NCBI GenBank assembly: GCA_037385645.1
Contig: JARRMU010000016.1
Coordinates: 1 to 62,421, forward strand
Source: Gemmatimonadales bacterium
GTDB taxonomy: Bacteria > Gemmatimonadota > Gemmatimonadetes > Palauibacterales > Palauibacteraceae
DNA: 62,421 nt
Direction: 5' to 3'
Of this stretch, positions 8,614 to 18,591 are shown piece by piece. The translations under genes and the position numbers were made by a program. Below the pieces are notes generated by a model, which searched no databases, was not told the DNA's origin, and saw only the letters and a program-made list of their open reading frames with translations. Each line of letters starts with the position of its first letter. Positions within the stretch are counted from its first letter, which is position 1.

Positions 8614-9753
8614 ATGTTGACTACCGTTCGGGCGTCGGTACCGGGGACGTTGATCCTCATGGGGGAGCACGCGGTCGTGTACGGTCATCCGGCGCTCGTC
8701 ACGGCCGTCGATCTGCGCCTCGTTGCCGCGGTGACCCAGAGGCCGAGGACGCCGGACGGCGGATCCGTCACGATCCGCGCGACCGAGCGTGCGGGTGGGA
8801 CCCTTCAGGCCTTGGAGCTCCAGTCGACATGGGCCGACCTGGCCTCATACGCCGAGTCCGTGCGCGAGCGCTGGGAGCGATATGCAGACGCGCCCACCGC
8901 GGAGGGCTTCAAGGGCGTGAGCGACGATGACCCCGCCCACCTCATCAAGGTCGCGGTCGGCGAGGCCATCGCCTACCTGCTAGACGAATCCGGGGCTATC
9001 GCCCCGACCGCTCCTCCATCCCTGACGCTCGAGGTGGAGTCCCGGATTCCGCTCGGGCGGGGCATGGGCAGCTCGGCTGCGCTGGCTGTCGGCGTCGTCG
9101 CCGGCACCCTCGCCGCCTGTGCCCCTCCCGTCGCCGACGACGTCGTCGAGCGAATCGCTCTCGAGGTCGAGAGGCGACAGCACGGGTTCCCTTCGGGTGT
9201 CGACGGATCCACGGTTCTGCAGGGTGGCATGGTCTGGGCGGAACCGGACGCGAGGGGCGACCTCCAGTTCAGCCGGGCGCTGGATCGCTCGAAGCTGCTG
9301 GCGGCGTTCCGCGTGTTCGACACCGGGCCGCCGGCCGAATCGACAGGTACGGTCGTGGAAGCGGTGCGAGAGCGGGTGGAGGCGGAACGCGGGCGCTACG
9401 GGCCTCTTCTCGAGCAAATGGGCGAGACGACGAGGACGTTTCGATCGGAGCTTGCCGAGAGCGAGCCCGAGCCTGCCGCCGTGATCGCATGCATCCGCGA
9501 GTACGAGCGAGGGCTGGAGGAGTTGGGCGTTGTCCCCGGGGAAGTTCGAGAGCTGATTCGACAGATAGAGGCCCAGGGAGGTGCTGCGAAGATCTCGGGA
9601 GCCGGCTCGCTGGAATCTACGCCCGCCGGCGCCGGCTGCATCCTCGTCTTCCATCCGGAGCCCTCGACTCTGGATGGCTGGGCGTTTCTCCGGGGCCTGC
9701 GTCGGTACGATGTGGGTCTCGGAGCGCCCGGATTGCGATTGGAGGCTGCGTGA
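8614..9753 (+). CDS. mvk: Mevalonate kinase (GHMP kinase)
   Basis: PGTLILMGEHAVVYGHPAL N-terminal motif and GMGSSAALAV ATP-binding motif. Confidence 0.85.
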   Translation: MLTTVRASVPGTLILMGEHAVVYGHPALVTAVDLRLVAAVTQRPRTPDGGSVTIRATERAGGTLQALELQSTWADLASYAESVRERWERYADAPTAEGFKGVSDDDPAHLIKVAVGEAIAYLLDESGAIAPTAPPSLTLEVESRIPLGRGMGSSAALAVGVVAGTLAACAPPVADDVVERIALEVERRQHGFPSGVDGSTVLQGGMVWAEPDARGDLQFSRALDRSKLLAAFRVFDTGPPAESTGTVVEAVRERVEAERGRYGPLLEQMGETTRTFRSELAESEPEPAAVIACIREYERGLEELGVVPGEVRELIRQIEAQGGAAKISGAGSLESTPAGAGCILVFHPEPSTLDGWAFLRGLRRYDVGLGAPGLRLEAA

Positions 9754-10766
9754 ACGGACGTGCCACGGCGGAGGCGCCGGCGAACATCGCGTTCATCAAG
9801 TACTGGGGGGCTCACGATCTGGAACGCGGCGTTCCCCTCAACACCTCCATATCCATGACTCTCAGCCGGTGCGTTAGCACATGCACGGTCGAGACGCGCC
9901 CAGCCGAGTCCGACGATCCCGGCTCGGCGGACGAGGTTTTTCTCGCCGAATCGGAAGGTCTTCAGCCCGCGCCGGAAGCCTTTGCAAGCCGAATTCTGGA
10001 CCAGCTGGCGCGCCTCCGGTGCCTGGCGGACGACGACGTGTCCTTCCGGGTGGCGACGAAGAACAGCTTCCCGGCCGCGGCGGGACTGGCATCATCGGCC
10101 TCCGGCTTCGCCTCTCTGACCCTCGCCACGACTCGGGCGTTGGGGCTCGCCCCGTCGAGACAGGAGCTGTCGGTCCTGGCGCGCCGCAGCGGGTCGGGCT
10201 CGGCGGCGCGCTCCGTGCTCGGTGGCTACGTAGAGCTTCCAGGCGGACCTCACGAGGAGGACGTGTATGGACGTCCGCTGGCATCCGCAGAGGATTGGGA
10301 GCTTCGTGACGTGATCGCGGTCGTGGCCACGGAGCCGAAGTCCGTCTCCTCGCTCGAGGGTCACCGCCGCGTGAGATCGAGCCCCTACTTTCGCGAACGG
10401 CTCGCCCTGCTGCCCGGGCGACTGGAGGCGGTGCGACAGGCCATCGAGAGCCGCGATTTCCACCTCCTCGGTCCCGTCATGGAGGAGGAGGGCATCGACC
10501 TTCATCTCGTGAGCATGTCTGCGATCCCGCCGATCTTCTACTGGACGCCCGGCACCGTCGAAACCCTGGAGGCGATCCGGCATCTGCGACAGGATGGCGT
10601 CGAGGCCTACTCGACCATGGATGCCGGACCGAACGTGCACGTCATCTGCCGGCCCGCCGATGAGGACCAGGTCGTAGAGCTTCTGAAGGAAACCGCTTCA
10701 GTGCGGCGCGTCATCCGGGACGGCGTTGGATCCGGCCCGAGACTGTCGGAGGATCATCTTCTATGA
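9750..10766 (+). CDS. mvaD: Mevalonate (di)phosphate decarboxylase family protein (MvaD homologue; by context possibly a phosphomevalonate decarboxylase)
   Basis: APANIAFIKYWG, FPAAAGLASSASGFA and RRSGSGSAARS motifs. GTG 9750 overlaps the mvk stop (GTGA). The track start 9489 is an out-of-context upstream extension. Confidence 0.85.
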   Translation: MNGRATAEAPANIAFIKYWGAHDLERGVPLNTSISMTLSRCVSTCTVETRPAESDDPGSADEVFLAESEGLQPAPEAFASRILDQLARLRCLADDDVSFRVATKNSFPAAAGLASSASGFASLTLATTRALGLAPSRQELSVLARRSGSGSAARSVLGGYVELPGGPHEEDVYGRPLASAEDWELRDVIAVVATEPKSVSSLEGHRRVRSSPYFRERLALLPGRLEAVRQAIESRDFHLLGPVMEEEGIDLHLVSMSAIPPIFYWTPGTVETLEAIRHLRQDGVEAYSTMDAGPNVHVICRPADEDQVVELLKETASVRRVIRDGVGSGPRLSEDHLL

Positions 10767-11599
10767 GGCCGGTCGTGCTCGTGAAGCTCGGCGGCAGTCT
10801 GATCACCCTAAAGGATCGACCCGACACGCCGCGGTCCGGGGTGATCGATCGGCTGGCCCGAGAGATCGCGGAAGCCTGGCCAAATCTGGAGGGAGGTCTG
10901 ATCCTCGGGCACGGCAGCGGCTCGTTCGGCCATGCGGCCGCGCATGATGTCGGGCTGCTGGGGGATGGTGCTTCCGGCAGAGCGCGGCTCAGCTCGAGCG
11001 AGGGCCTCGCGCGGATGGCTCGCGGCGCGCCCGACGTTCAGCGTAAGGCCGCCGAGCTTCACGCGCTCGTCATGGCCGCGCTCCGGGAGGTGGATCTGCC
11101 CGCTTTCTCGATCGCGCCAAGCAGCGGAGCGACCGCCTCCGAGGCTCGCATCCTCTCCTTCCAGGCGCAGCCCTTTGCACTCGCCCTGTCGGGATCGCTC
11201 CTTCCGGTGACGTACGGAGATGTCGTCATGGACCGGGAGCGGGGTGCGTCCATCCTCTCGACCGAGACCGTCCTCGCCGGACTGGCCGACTCGCTGCCCG
11301 ATCACGGCTGGGCCGTCGAGCGCGCGATCTGGCTCGGTGAAACCGACGGCATCTACGATGCGGAGGGGGTTACGGTGAGCAGGGTGTCGGCATCCCTCGG
11401 CGAGCGGCTGAGGCACAGCGTCGGCGGCTCGGGGGCGACCGATGTGACCGGAGGCATGGCTCACCGCCTGGACACTGCCTTGGCGCTGGCCGCGCAGGGC
11501 GTCCGCTCCTGGATCGGAGACGGGACCCGTGAAGGGGTTCTGGCCAGGGCCCTGATCGGCGAAGAAGTCGGCGGAACGGTCGTCCCCGCCGCTGCCTGA
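10763..11599 (+). CDS. ipk: Isopentenyl phosphate kinase (amino-acid-kinase fold)
   Basis: VLVKLGGSLIT and GHGSGSFGH motifs, about 278 aa. ATGA overlap with the decarboxylase gene. Confidence 0.75.
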   Translation: MRPVVLVKLGGSLITLKDRPDTPRSGVIDRLAREIAEAWPNLEGGLILGHGSGSFGHAAAHDVGLLGDGASGRARLSSSEGLARMARGAPDVQRKAAELHALVMAALREVDLPAFSIAPSSGATASEARILSFQAQPFALALSGSLLPVTYGDVVMDRERGASILSTETVLAGLADSLPDHGWAVERAIWLGETDGIYDAEGVTVSRVSASLGERLRHSVGGSGATDVTGGMAHRLDTALALAAQGVRSWIGDGTREGVLARALIGEEVGGTVVPAAA

Positions 11600-11606
11600 T
11601 CGCGGC

Positions 11607-14345
11607 GTGCGCGGTTCCGCCCGTTCTCCAGACGGCCGCCGGGCCGGCATGAGCGGCCTTCTCGCGGACTGGACCCGGATGGTCGGTCGCGTTCCGTCGC
11701 TCGTCGTGCTTCTCGCCGCCGCCGCCGCTGCTGCCTCCGCTTACGTGACCACCCAGCGGCTCGGCATCGATACGAACACGGTGGACATGCTCTCCGCCGA
11801 TCTTCCGTGGCGCGTCGAGAACGAGCGCCACAAACGGCTCTTTCCCCACTACGCTGACAACATCGTCGTCGTCATCCGGGGCGCCACTGCGGATCTGGCG
11901 GCCGACGCGCAACGTAGGCTGGGAGGACATCTTCGGGCCGAGCCGGATCTCTTCCAGGAGGTCCACCTCACGGGCGACGGGGAGTTCTTCGAGCGGAACG
12001 CCCTCCTCTATGCTGACCTCGAGGAGCTCCGGGATCTCGCGGACGGGCTCGAGAAAGCCCAGCCCTGGCTGTCCGACCTGGAGGGCGATCCCGACCTGGG
12101 TCGCTTCCTCACCGTCCTGGACAGCATGCTGATCGCGGACTCGGGGCGCGCCGTCGAACTGCTGGGCGCCGTCGGTGGGGCGTTCGAGAGCTCGATGGTC
12201 GACCGCGTGCAGCCGCTTCCGTGGCGCGATCTGATGAGCGGCCATCAGGCCTCACCGGAGGAGCTTCGACGTTATGTGGAGATCCTGCCGCGTCTGAATT
12301 TCGAGCTCCTGTTTCCCGGCGAGCCGGCGCTCGCCCGGATACGGACCCTGGTGGACAGCCTCGGGCTGACGGCGAAGGACGGTGTCGGCGTGAGCTTCAC
12401 CGGTTTCGTCCCCATGTCGGAGGAAGAGCTGCGCAGTGCTGCCGGAGGCATGAAGACGGCCGGCGTGCTGGCGCTGATCATGGTCGGTCTGATCCTGTAC
12501 GCGGGCTTGCGCTCCGCCCGGCTGATCACGGCCGCGCTCATCACTCTGCTGGTCGGGCTCCTGCTGACGGCGGCCTTTGCGGCGATCGCCGTCGGTCATT
12601 TGAACCTTATCAGCATGGCATTCGCGGTCCTCTACATCGGCCTTGGAATCGACTACGCGATCCACTACAGCCTGAGGTATCGGGAGCTGCGAACGCGTGA
12701 CGCGGCGAACCAGGACGCCTTGCAGCAGACGGCGACGGATGTAGGCGCATCGCTCCTCCTGAGCGCGGTGACGACAGCTGCCTGTTTCTTCGCGTTCGTC
12801 CCGACGGACTTCGAGGGCGTCTCGGAGCTCGGCCTGATCGGCGGAGCCGGTATGTTGATCAGCTTCGCCACCACGATCACGCTGCTTCCGGCCCTGTTCA
12901 GTCTTTTCCCGTTCCGACCCAAGCCCGGCGAAGCGCCTCTCGTAGGCGGCGTCCTGCCCCGAGGGATAGCGGGTGGGGTGACGAGCCATCGTACGGCGGT
13001 GCTCTTCGGCGCAGCGGTCGTAGCCCTCGCTTCCGTGGCGCTTCTCCCTCGCGCCCGCTTCGACTTGGATCCGCTCTCTCTACGCGATCCGGAAGGTGAG
13101 TCGACGGCGACCTTCCTCGAGCTTCTCCGAGACAGCACCGCCAAACCCATGACGGTCTCCGTTCTCGCGGCTGATCGAGAGGAAGCCGCCGAGATCGCCG
13201 AGGGGCTGGAGCGGCTCGATAGCGTCGAGGCAGCGGTTTCTCTGGAGGACTTCGTGCCCGAGAGGCAGGAGGAAAAGCTTGCCGTCATCGAGCGACTCGC
13301 CCGGATCGTGGGTCCTCCCCCCGAGGCCACCGCCCCGGAAGCCGGTGATCTCGCAGAGCCGGTCGACGAAGTTTCGGAGCGGGTCGTGCCGGAGCCCTCG
13401 GAGCGCATGGCGGAGGTGGAGCGTTTTCGGCGCAGCGTGCGCGAGCTGGAGCTCGAGCCGGACGAGGTCGATCTCGCCCGCTTCGTCACCTTCCAGATCC
13501 GCAGCTGGCAACGGCGGATGAACGATCTGTCCCGGCAGCGGCAAGCGCGAGCTCTCGCACGTGTCGAGGAGAGCCTGGTCGGAGGTTTGGGTCGAAGCCT
13601 GGCCGACCTTCGCGCCTCGCTGGCGGCGAAGTCCATCTCCGAAAGGAATCTGCCCGACGACTTGGTGCGGAGGTGGGTCGCCGCGGACGGTACCTGGCGT
13701 GTGGAGGTCATCCCGCGGGCCGATCTGGGCGACGAGGAGGCACTGCGAGCGTTCGTCGCCGAGGTTCGCACCATCGCTCCTCGTGCGACCGGCGAGCCGG
13801 TCATCAATGTCTCGGCCGGCGAGGCGGTCGTGGCGGCCTTCCGACGCGCCCTGCTCGGGGCGTCGGTCGCGACGCTTCTGCTCCTGCTGATAGCCCTGCG
13901 AAGCGTGCGTGACGCCTCGCGCGTCATGATTCCTCTGCTCCTGGCCGGTGCGATGACCGGCGCGGCCACCGTACTCCTCCGCCTCCCCTTCAACTACGCG
14001 AACGTGATCGCGCTTCCCCTTCTACTCGGAGTCGGCGTGGACAACGGGATTCACATGGTGCACCGACGCCGCGTGAGCTCGGCGTCGGACCGAGATCTGC
14101 TCGAGACCAGCACCGCCCGTGCGGTGTTGTATGCGTCTCTCACCACGATCTTCAGCTTCGGCAACCTGGCCTTTTCGAGTCATCCCGGAACGGCCAGCAT
14201 GGGCCGCCTTCTGACCATCGGCATGTTGGCGGTTCTCGGGTGCACTTTGGTGGTTCTGCCGGCGCTCGAGATGCCGCGAAGGGTGTCGCGGAAGCCGGCG
14301 GTGGCGCCGGAGGAGGTCTCGATCAGAGAGCCGACCAGGGTTTGA
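11607..14345 (+). CDS. hpnN: RND/MMPL-family hopanoid transporter HpnN
   Basis: About 900 aa with two 6-TM bundles (GIDYAIHY and GVGVDNGIHM motifs) separated by large periplasmic loops, inside the hopanoid cluster. The start could instead be ATG 11649. Confidence 0.8.
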   Translation: MRGSARSPDGRRAGMSGLLADWTRMVGRVPSLVVLLAAAAAAASAYVTTQRLGIDTNTVDMLSADLPWRVENERHKRLFPHYADNIVVVIRGATADLAADAQRRLGGHLRAEPDLFQEVHLTGDGEFFERNALLYADLEELRDLADGLEKAQPWLSDLEGDPDLGRFLTVLDSMLIADSGRAVELLGAVGGAFESSMVDRVQPLPWRDLMSGHQASPEELRRYVEILPRLNFELLFPGEPALARIRTLVDSLGLTAKDGVGVSFTGFVPMSEEELRSAAGGMKTAGVLALIMVGLILYAGLRSARLITAALITLLVGLLLTAAFAAIAVGHLNLISMAFAVLYIGLGIDYAIHYSLRYRELRTRDAANQDALQQTATDVGASLLLSAVTTAACFFAFVPTDFEGVSELGLIGGAGMLISFATTITLLPALFSLFPFRPKPGEAPLVGGVLPRGIAGGVTSHRTAVLFGAAVVALASVALLPRARFDLDPLSLRDPEGESTATFLELLRDSTAKPMTVSVLAADREEAAEIAEGLERLDSVEAAVSLEDFVPERQEEKLAVIERLARIVGPPPEATAPEAGDLAEPVDEVSERVVPEPSERMAEVERFRRSVRELELEPDEVDLARFVTFQIRSWQRRMNDLSRQRQARALARVEESLVGGLGRSLADLRASLAAKSISERNLPDDLVRRWVAADGTWRVEVIPRADLGDEEALRAFVAEVRTIAPRATGEPVINVSAGEAVVAAFRRALLGASVATLLLLLIALRSVRDASRVMIPLLLAGAMTGAATVLLRLPFNYANVIALPLLLGVGVDNGIHMVHRRRVSSASDRDLLETSTARAVLYASLTTIFSFGNLAFSSHPGTASMGRLLTIGMLAVLGCTLVVLPALEMPRRVSRKPAVAPEEVSIREPTRV

Positions 14346-14437
14346 CGGGCCTGTGGGCGTGCGGCTAGACTCGGCGGATGTGCCGGAACGGCTGACACAC
14401 CCTATCCCGACCGAAAGCCGCTCGAGAACAGGAGCCC

Positions 14438-15394
14438 ATGGCCGACCTGGATCTCTTGCTCGAAAAGACCAGCCGGACGTTTGCGCTCTCCATACCGCTG
14501 CTCCCGGAGCCGACGCGCCGAGAGGTGATGATCGCGTACCTCCTGTTCCGGATCGCAGACACCTTCGAGGACTCCTCGTCGTGGCCGCGAGAGAGCCGAA
14601 TCCAGGCGCTCGAGCAATTCTGCGAGCTCCTGCTACAGGCCGATGCGCCGGCAGACCCGGGGCTCACGAGCAAATGGGCCGCCGAGGCGAGGCGGCTCGC
14701 CGCCTATTGGGCGGCGGAGACGCCGGTATCGGACGATGGTTACCGTGAGCTGCTGGAGGACACGCCCCACGTTCTGGATGACTATGCCGGACTGAACCCC
14801 GAGGCCCGAGCGTTGGTGTGCCGGCACACCGTACGGACAGCGCGCGGGATGGCGGGTTTCGTGTCTGAAACGGACGATGAAGGTCGGCTGCAGCTCCAGA
14901 GCCTCGCGGACCTGCGCGGCTACTGCTACGTCGTGGCCGGGATCGTCGGTGAGATGCTGACCGAGCTCTTTCTGCTCGGGCGGCCCTCGCTTGCCGAAAC
15001 GGGTCCCTTCCTTCGGGAGCGCTCGCGGGCCTTCGGGGAGGGCCTGCAACTGGTCAACATCCTGAAGGACTCGGCTACGGACATCCGCGAGGGGAGAGCC
15101 TACATCCCGGCTGGCGTGGATCGTTCGGAGGTCTTCTCGGTCGCCCGCCGTGATCTGGAAACGGCGTCAGAGTACACGCTGGCCCTGCAGGGCGCCGGCG
15201 CGGAGGATGGGCTCGTCGCCTTCAACGCCCTTCCGTTGCGGTTGGCGTGGGCGACCCTGGATCGAGTCGAGCGGGATGGGCCCGGCGCCAAGATCTCGCG
15301 CGAGGAGGTTTGGGAGATCGTCGCCGACCTTAGCCAGTCCCTGGAATCCAATCGACCGGCAGTCGTTCTTCCCGTGAGCCACGCCGCCCGCTGA
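14438..15394 (+). CDS. sqs: Squalene synthase (farnesyl-diphosphate farnesyltransferase, single-enzyme SQS type)
   Basis: SRTFALSIPLL, FRIADTFEDS (first Asp-rich box), YCYVVAGIVGEM and NILKDSATDIREGRAYIP (second box). Confidence 0.85.
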   Translation: MADLDLLLEKTSRTFALSIPLLPEPTRREVMIAYLLFRIADTFEDSSSWPRESRIQALEQFCELLLQADAPADPGLTSKWAAEARRLAAYWAAETPVSDDGYRELLEDTPHVLDDYAGLNPEARALVCRHTVRTARGMAGFVSETDDEGRLQLQSLADLRGYCYVVAGIVGEMLTELFLLGRPSLAETGPFLRERSRAFGEGLQLVNILKDSATDIREGRAYIPAGVDRSEVFSVARRDLETASEYTLALQGAGAEDGLVAFNALPLRLAWATLDRVERDGPGAKISREEVWEIVADLSQSLESNRPAVVLPVSHAAR

Positions 15395-15405
15395 TTCGAC
15401 GCGCC

Positions 15406-15422
15406 GCGGGCCAGAGGCCCGC
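15406..15422. terminator. Hairpin GCGGGCC-AGA-GGCCCGC between the convergent genes sqs and the LolA-like gene
   Basis: Perfect 7-bp GC stem read directly from the sequence; no U-tract. Confidence 0.4.
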
Positions 15423-15439
15423 CGCACTCCAGACGAAAC

Positions 15440-16255
15440 CTAGAAAACGGTCAGCTCGCGGGTCTGCACCAGGACTTCGAACGTCCCGCTCTCGATCATC
15501 TGTTCGAGCTCCTGGATCCTGGGGCCGATCATCTGCTCGAGCGCGTCGCGCTCGGGCTCCGGCGTGCTCGCGATCTCCTCTTGCATCTGGCGGAGTCTCG
15601 CCAGCGTCTCCTGGAGATCGGCTTCCGTCATGCCGGGGGGCATCCCGGTGGCCGTCATCTGCATCTCGAACGGATGCAGCCAGCCCTCGATCTCCCTCCA
15701 GTCACGAAAGGCGATCTCGAACGTGAATGGGCTGGTCGCGTCGTTCGCGGCGAGCATCCCGTCCATCTCCACCTTCCTGAGCAGGTAGCTGTCCGAGTCG
15801 ATGTAGAAGGCTCCCGTCTCCGGCTCGAAGTCCTCGTTCTCGCCGGCGCCAACCTCTGCGCTCAGATCCAGCCCGCTGAAGTCGTCGACGCGAAGCACGT
15901 AGGCATCGTGGCCGTCCACCGTTGCGATGCCGTCCAACCACGCACGTTCCCCGAGCGTCGGATACGCGCTGTAGAAGTTGCCCCACGAGGCGATCTCCCT
16001 ACCCTCGGCCGTTGTCGACACGAACGCCGACCGGCCCTCCACGGTCTCTTTCGAGAACTCGAGCATCGTCTGGTAACCCATCGACTCTTGAACGACGGAG
16101 TATCCGGAGATCGCGGCCGCACGTTCCTCGTATCTTTCGAGGGCATGCCCGAAGACTTCCCCGGCGTCCTGGGCCCGAGCCTGGAAGGGGATGGACAGAA
16201 CGAGCGTTCCCAGGCCCAGGCTCCACCCGAGTCGCGCTCGATTCGATCGGATCAT
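15440..16255 (-). CDS. Secreted hypothetical protein, probable LolA-like (lipoprotein-sorting-like) fold with a helical C-terminal extension
   Basis: Signal peptide ending FQARAQD. Motifs DAYVLRVDD, AFYIDSDSYLLRKVEMDG and FRDWREIEGWLHPFEMQM resemble LolA_like domain proteins. Assigned by eye only. Confidence 0.45.
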   Translation of the reverse strand: MIRSNRARLGWSLGLGTLVLSIPFQARAQDAGEVFGHALERYEERAAAISGYSVVQESMGYQTMLEFSKETVEGRSAFVSTTAEGREIASWGNFYSAYPTLGERAWLDGIATVDGHDAYVLRVDDFSGLDLSAEVGAGENEDFEPETGAFYIDSDSYLLRKVEMDGMLAANDATSPFTFEIAFRDWREIEGWLHPFEMQMTATGMPPGMTEADLQETLARLRQMQEEIASTPEPERDALEQMIGPRIQELEQMIESGTFEVLVQTRELTVF

Positions 16256-16450
16256 GGCATCGCTCCTGCGGCGGAAACGGCCACGCGAACGGCGTCGGAT
16301 CCGCGCGCGGCGCGCCGGGTCTTACGAGTCAGGTCGGGTCGGGTTCCGGTGGTCTCGAGATAACCGTTTCTGTAGCTTAACGGCTTCGTGTCCGAGGGGT
16401 ACGGTGCCGCAGGCCGGATCTCGGAAGCAGCCACAGACGATGAGAGCTGA

Positions 16451-18583
16451 ATGATCACGCCGGTCGAACAACTGGAGAGACGAGTCGAGCCGGATGAGCG
16501 GTTCGGGCTGACGCCCGAGGATCTGCTCTCCATGTATCGCACGATGTACACCTCTCGCTGCATCGACGATCGCGAGATGGCGATGAAGCGGCAGCAGAAG
16601 ATCTTCTTCCAGATCAGCGGCGCGGGTCACGAAGCCGTGCTGACCGCCGCGGGGAAGGCGACCCGACCCGGCTACGACTGGTTTTTCACCTACTACCGGG
16701 ACCGTGCTCTCTGCCTCGAGCTCGGCGTCACGCCCTACGAGATGCTGCTGCAAGCCGTCGGCGCGGCGGATGATCCGGCCAGCGGCGGGCGCCAGATGCC
16801 CTCGCACTTCGGCCACATCAAGTACAACATCCCCTCCGCCTCGAGTCCGACCGGCACCCAGTTCCTTCAGGCCGTAGGCTGCGCCGAAGCGGGGGTGAAG
16901 GCGGCACGACTCGGCCTGGAGGAGCTCGTGCGATTCCAAAACGATGAGGTGGCGATTGTTTGCACGGGCGATGGTACGACCTCGGAGGGCGAGTTCTGGG
17001 AATCCCTGAACACCGCCTCGAACCTGAAGCTTCCCGTCGTCTACCTCGTCGAGGACAACGGCTACGCGATCTCGGTTCCGGTGGAGGTGAACACGGCGGG
17101 CGCGAGTATCTCGCGGCTCGTCTCCGGCTTCCCGGACCTATTGATCCGAGAGGTGGAGGGCACCGATCCGATCGCCAGCTACGGCGTGATGGCGGAAGCG
17201 GTGGCCTACTGTCGCGAGCGACGCGGGCCGGCGCTCGTACACGCCCGGGTCGTCCGGCCCTACAGCCACTCGATGTCGGACGACGAGAGGATGTACAAGC
17301 CTGAGGAGGAGAGGGCGGAGGAGAAAAGGCGCGACCCGATCAGCAACTTCGGCCTTCGCCTCATTCGGGACGGCGTCGCCACCGAGGAGGAGCTCGCCGC
17401 GCTGCGCGAGACAGTAAGGGAGGAGGTGGGGGAAGCTGCGGACCTGGCTGCCGAACAGCCGCAGCCAGGACCCGATACGGTGTACCGGCACGTCTACTCC
17501 TCGAGCGTTGACCCGACCTCCGACGACTTCGAGACGGAACCCCACTTCGATGGGGATCCAAGAACGACCGTGGACCTGCTGAACGCCTGCCTTCGCGATG
17601 AGTTGGCGCGTGATCCGCGTATCGTGGTCTTCGGTCAGGATGTCGCCGATCTGAGCAGAGAGGACTATCTGGAGGAGTTGAAAGGGAAGGGTGGGGTGTT
17701 CAAGGTGACGGCCAACCTCCAGCGACTGTTCGGCGCCGAGCGTGTGTACAATTCACCGCTCGCCGAGGCGAACATCGTCGGCCGCGCCATCGGGATGGCG
17801 CTGCGGGGGATGAAGCCGGTCGTCGAGATCCAGTTCTTCGACTATATCTGGCCGGCCTATCACCAGCTGCGGAACGAGCTAGCGACCTATCGGTGGCGCT
17901 CGAACGGGACCTTCAGCTGTCCGGTGGTCGTTCGGACGACGTACGGCGGCTACTTGGCCGGCGGTGCGATGTACCACTCCCAGACGGGCGCGTCGCTGTT
18001 TACGCACACGCCTGGCGTGCACGTGGTTTGCCCCTCCAACGCCCTCGACGCCAACGGATTACTGCGGACGGCGATCCGCTGCGAAGATCCGGTCCTCTTT
18101 CTCGAACACAAGCACCTGTACAGGCAGCCGTACGCCAAGTCCGCGTATCCGGGCCCCGACTTCATGATCCCGTTCGGCCGGGCCAGTATCGTACGCCCCG
18201 GGAACGACCTCACGCTCGTCACCTACGGCGCGCTCGTCGAGCGCTCGCGGAAGGCCGTGCGCCAGCTGGAAAAGGAGGGACGACCGGTGGATGTCGAGAT
18301 CATTGATCTTCGCACCCTGAACCCGCTCGACATGGCCACGGTCTCGGAGTCGGTGCGGCGGACGAACAAGCTGATCGTGGCCTACGAGGACGCGAAGTCA
18401 TTCGGCTTCGGCGCCGAGATCTCGGCCCGGATCGCCGACGAGGTTTTCGAGTGGCTGGATGGGCCGGTGCGCAGGATCGCTTCGTTGGACACGTTCGTCG
18501 GCTATGCGCCCCGGCTGGAGGACGCCATCCTTCCCCAGGTGGATGACATCGCCGAGGGGATCGCCGAGCTGGCGGCCTACTGA
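16451..18583 (+). CDS. 2-oxoacid dehydrogenase E1 component, fused alpha and beta subunits (branched-chain type)
   Basis: TPP motif [19 protein letters not shown] in the N-terminal half; transketolase-like pyrimidine-binding and C-terminal domains ([18 protein letters not shown]) in the C-terminal half; 710 aa. Confidence 0.85.
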   Translation: MITPVEQLERRVEPDERFGLTPEDLLSMYRTMYTSRCIDDREMAMKRQQKIFFQISGAGHEAVLTAAGKATRPGYDWFFTYYRDRALCLELGVTPYEMLLQAVGAADDPASGGRQMPSHFGHIKYNIPSASSPTGTQFLQAVGCAEAGVKAARLGLEELVRFQNDEVAIVCTGDGTTSEGEFWESLNTASNLKLPVVYLVEDNGYAISVPVEVNTAGASISRLVSGFPDLLIREVEGTDPIASYGVMAEAVAYCRERRGPALVHARVVRPYSHSMSDDERMYKPEEERAEEKRRDPISNFGLRLIRDGVATEEELAALRETVREEVGEAADLAAEQPQPGPDTVYRHVYSSSVDPTSDDFETEPHFDGDPRTTVDLLNACLRDELARDPRIVVFGQDVADLSREDYLEELKGKGGVFKVTANLQRLFGAERVYNSPLAEANIVGRAIGMALRGMKPVVEIQFFDYIWPAYHQLRNELATYRWRSNGTFSCPVVVRTTYGGYLAGGAMYHSQTGASLFTHTPGVHVVCPSNALDANGLLRTAIRCEDPVLFLEHKHLYRQPYAKSAYPGPDFMIPFGRASIVRPGNDLTLVTYGALVERSRKAVRQLEKEGRPVDVEIIDLRTLNPLDMATVSESVRRTNKLIVAYEDAKSFGFGAEISARIADEVFEWLDGPVRRIASLDTFVGYAPRLEDAILPQVDDIAEGIAELAAY

Positions 18584-18591
18584 GCGAGCGG

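Noticed and set aside
12665-13993. 442-aa ORF antisense to hpnN. Similar long antisense or shadow ORFs: 19326..20546, 21119..22642, 25033..26079, 42220..43404, 45438..47231 and 48174..49373.
   Set aside because: Each fully overlaps a gene with clear family motifs on the other strand or frame. Their translations are dominated by Arg, Ser, Pro and Ala, as expected for non-coding frames in high-GC DNA. No recognisable motifs.
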